Virus record (IMG/VR): IMGVR_UViG_3300032116_000006 | DNA length: 64,000 nucleotides | Direction: 5' to 3' (one strand) | From: a virus | Lineage: Duplodnaviria; Heunggongvirae; Uroviricota; Caudoviricetes | In this document: positions 63,619 through 64,000 of the stretch, piece after piece | Position numbering within the stretch: the stretch's first letter is position 1 | Layout of the letters: every line of letters starts with the position of its first letter | Position numbers and translations under genes: made by a program | Notes under the pieces: generated by a model | The model's input: only the letters and a program-made list of their open reading frames with translations | Databases searched by the model: none | Told to the model about the DNA's origin: nothing

Positions 63619-63847
63619 AGGGTTCTGTGAAATAGAATTAAAGGAAACTTCTCATTTCATTGAGACTGATGAAGAACCAAATAGTTTTACTCTTTGGTTC
63701 TATCGGAGAGAAACAGAGGAGTTTCCTTTAGATGATTTCTTAAATGACTTACAATTAAATAATTTTGGCTGGAATGAGCCAACTCACGAATTATTCTTTA
63801 AATCAAAAGACAACGAACTTTATTCGGTTAGTTTTACAAAACTCTAA
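63593..63847 (+). CDS. Hypothetical protein
   Basis: 84-aa ORF. Confidence 0.55.
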   Translation: MESNHQPFEGFCEIELKETSHFIETDEEPNSFTLWFYRRETEEFPLDDFLNDLQLNNFGWNEPTHELFFKSKDNELYSVSFTKL

Positions 63848-63853
63848 ATACAA

Positions 63854-64000
63854 ATGATTCTCCAAAAAGAAATGACAACTGAAGAATGGAACGAGATGGA
63901 TTCCATAAGACGCGCCATAAGAGATATGCCATCTTCAGTTTCTCCTGAAAAAATGGAAAGGTTTACTGAACTTTTTGTTAGGACTTTATCTAATGCGGAT
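63854..64000 (+). CDS. Hypothetical protein (runs off the window)
   Basis: MILQKEMTTEEWNEMDSIRRAIRDMPSSVSPEKMERFTELFV. Confidence 0.55.
   Translation, partial: MILQKEMTTEEWNEMDSIRRAIRDMPSSVSPEKMERFTELFVRTLSNAD

Noticed and set aside
1-64000. Photosynthesis AMGs (psbA, hli) or major capsid/tail genes
   Set aside because: None recognisable in this window, so the cyanophage assignment rests on indirect gene content.

Overview
AT-rich, gene-dense 64 kb segment of a T4-like myovirus genome, most likely a cyanophage. The host call is an inference from the hsp20, mazG, cytidyltransferase and GT6/GT11/GT25 content and the short cyanobacterial-type EF-Ts. Nearly all genes are on the + strand. The T4-type core runs gp44, gp62, regA, hsp20, gp43, uvsX, gp41, mazG, cytidyltransferase and virion genes, gp61 primase, nrdA, nrdB. 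After the core lie about 40 kb of accessory modules: many small early genes behind a recurrent AACTG(T/G)C(A/C) operator-like box with sigma70-type promoters; lysis-type genes (RlpA-like, C39 peptidase); translation and RNA-repair genes (RNA ligase, Pth2, EF-Ts, 4 tRNA-like genes); Dps; a 9-gene glycosylation cluster; a Calx-beta/PEP-CTERM-like protein; a metallophosphoesterase; a macro domain; and an AAA+ ATPase. The best candidates for undescribed biology are: (1) the 42.1-45.9 kb locus, where five copies of a stem-closed CAGCA(A) RNA motif (two showing anticodon-arm-like 7-nt loops) are interleaved with a DUF2828/TROVE-like vWA gene, a tRNA-Pro split by a 38-nt insert, a deviant tRNA-Met and two paralogous zinc-ribbon genes; (2) a 12-member paralog family (MKIS...FLG.NWK.VLNFW...LPLF) in three tandem arrays with conserved ends and shuffled, repeat-expanding middles; (3) a late gene interrupted by one in-frame UGA-C; (4) a 72-nt structured RNA unit between two exact 59-bp promoter repeats. 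Family assignments come from motif recognition by eye; no database searches were run.
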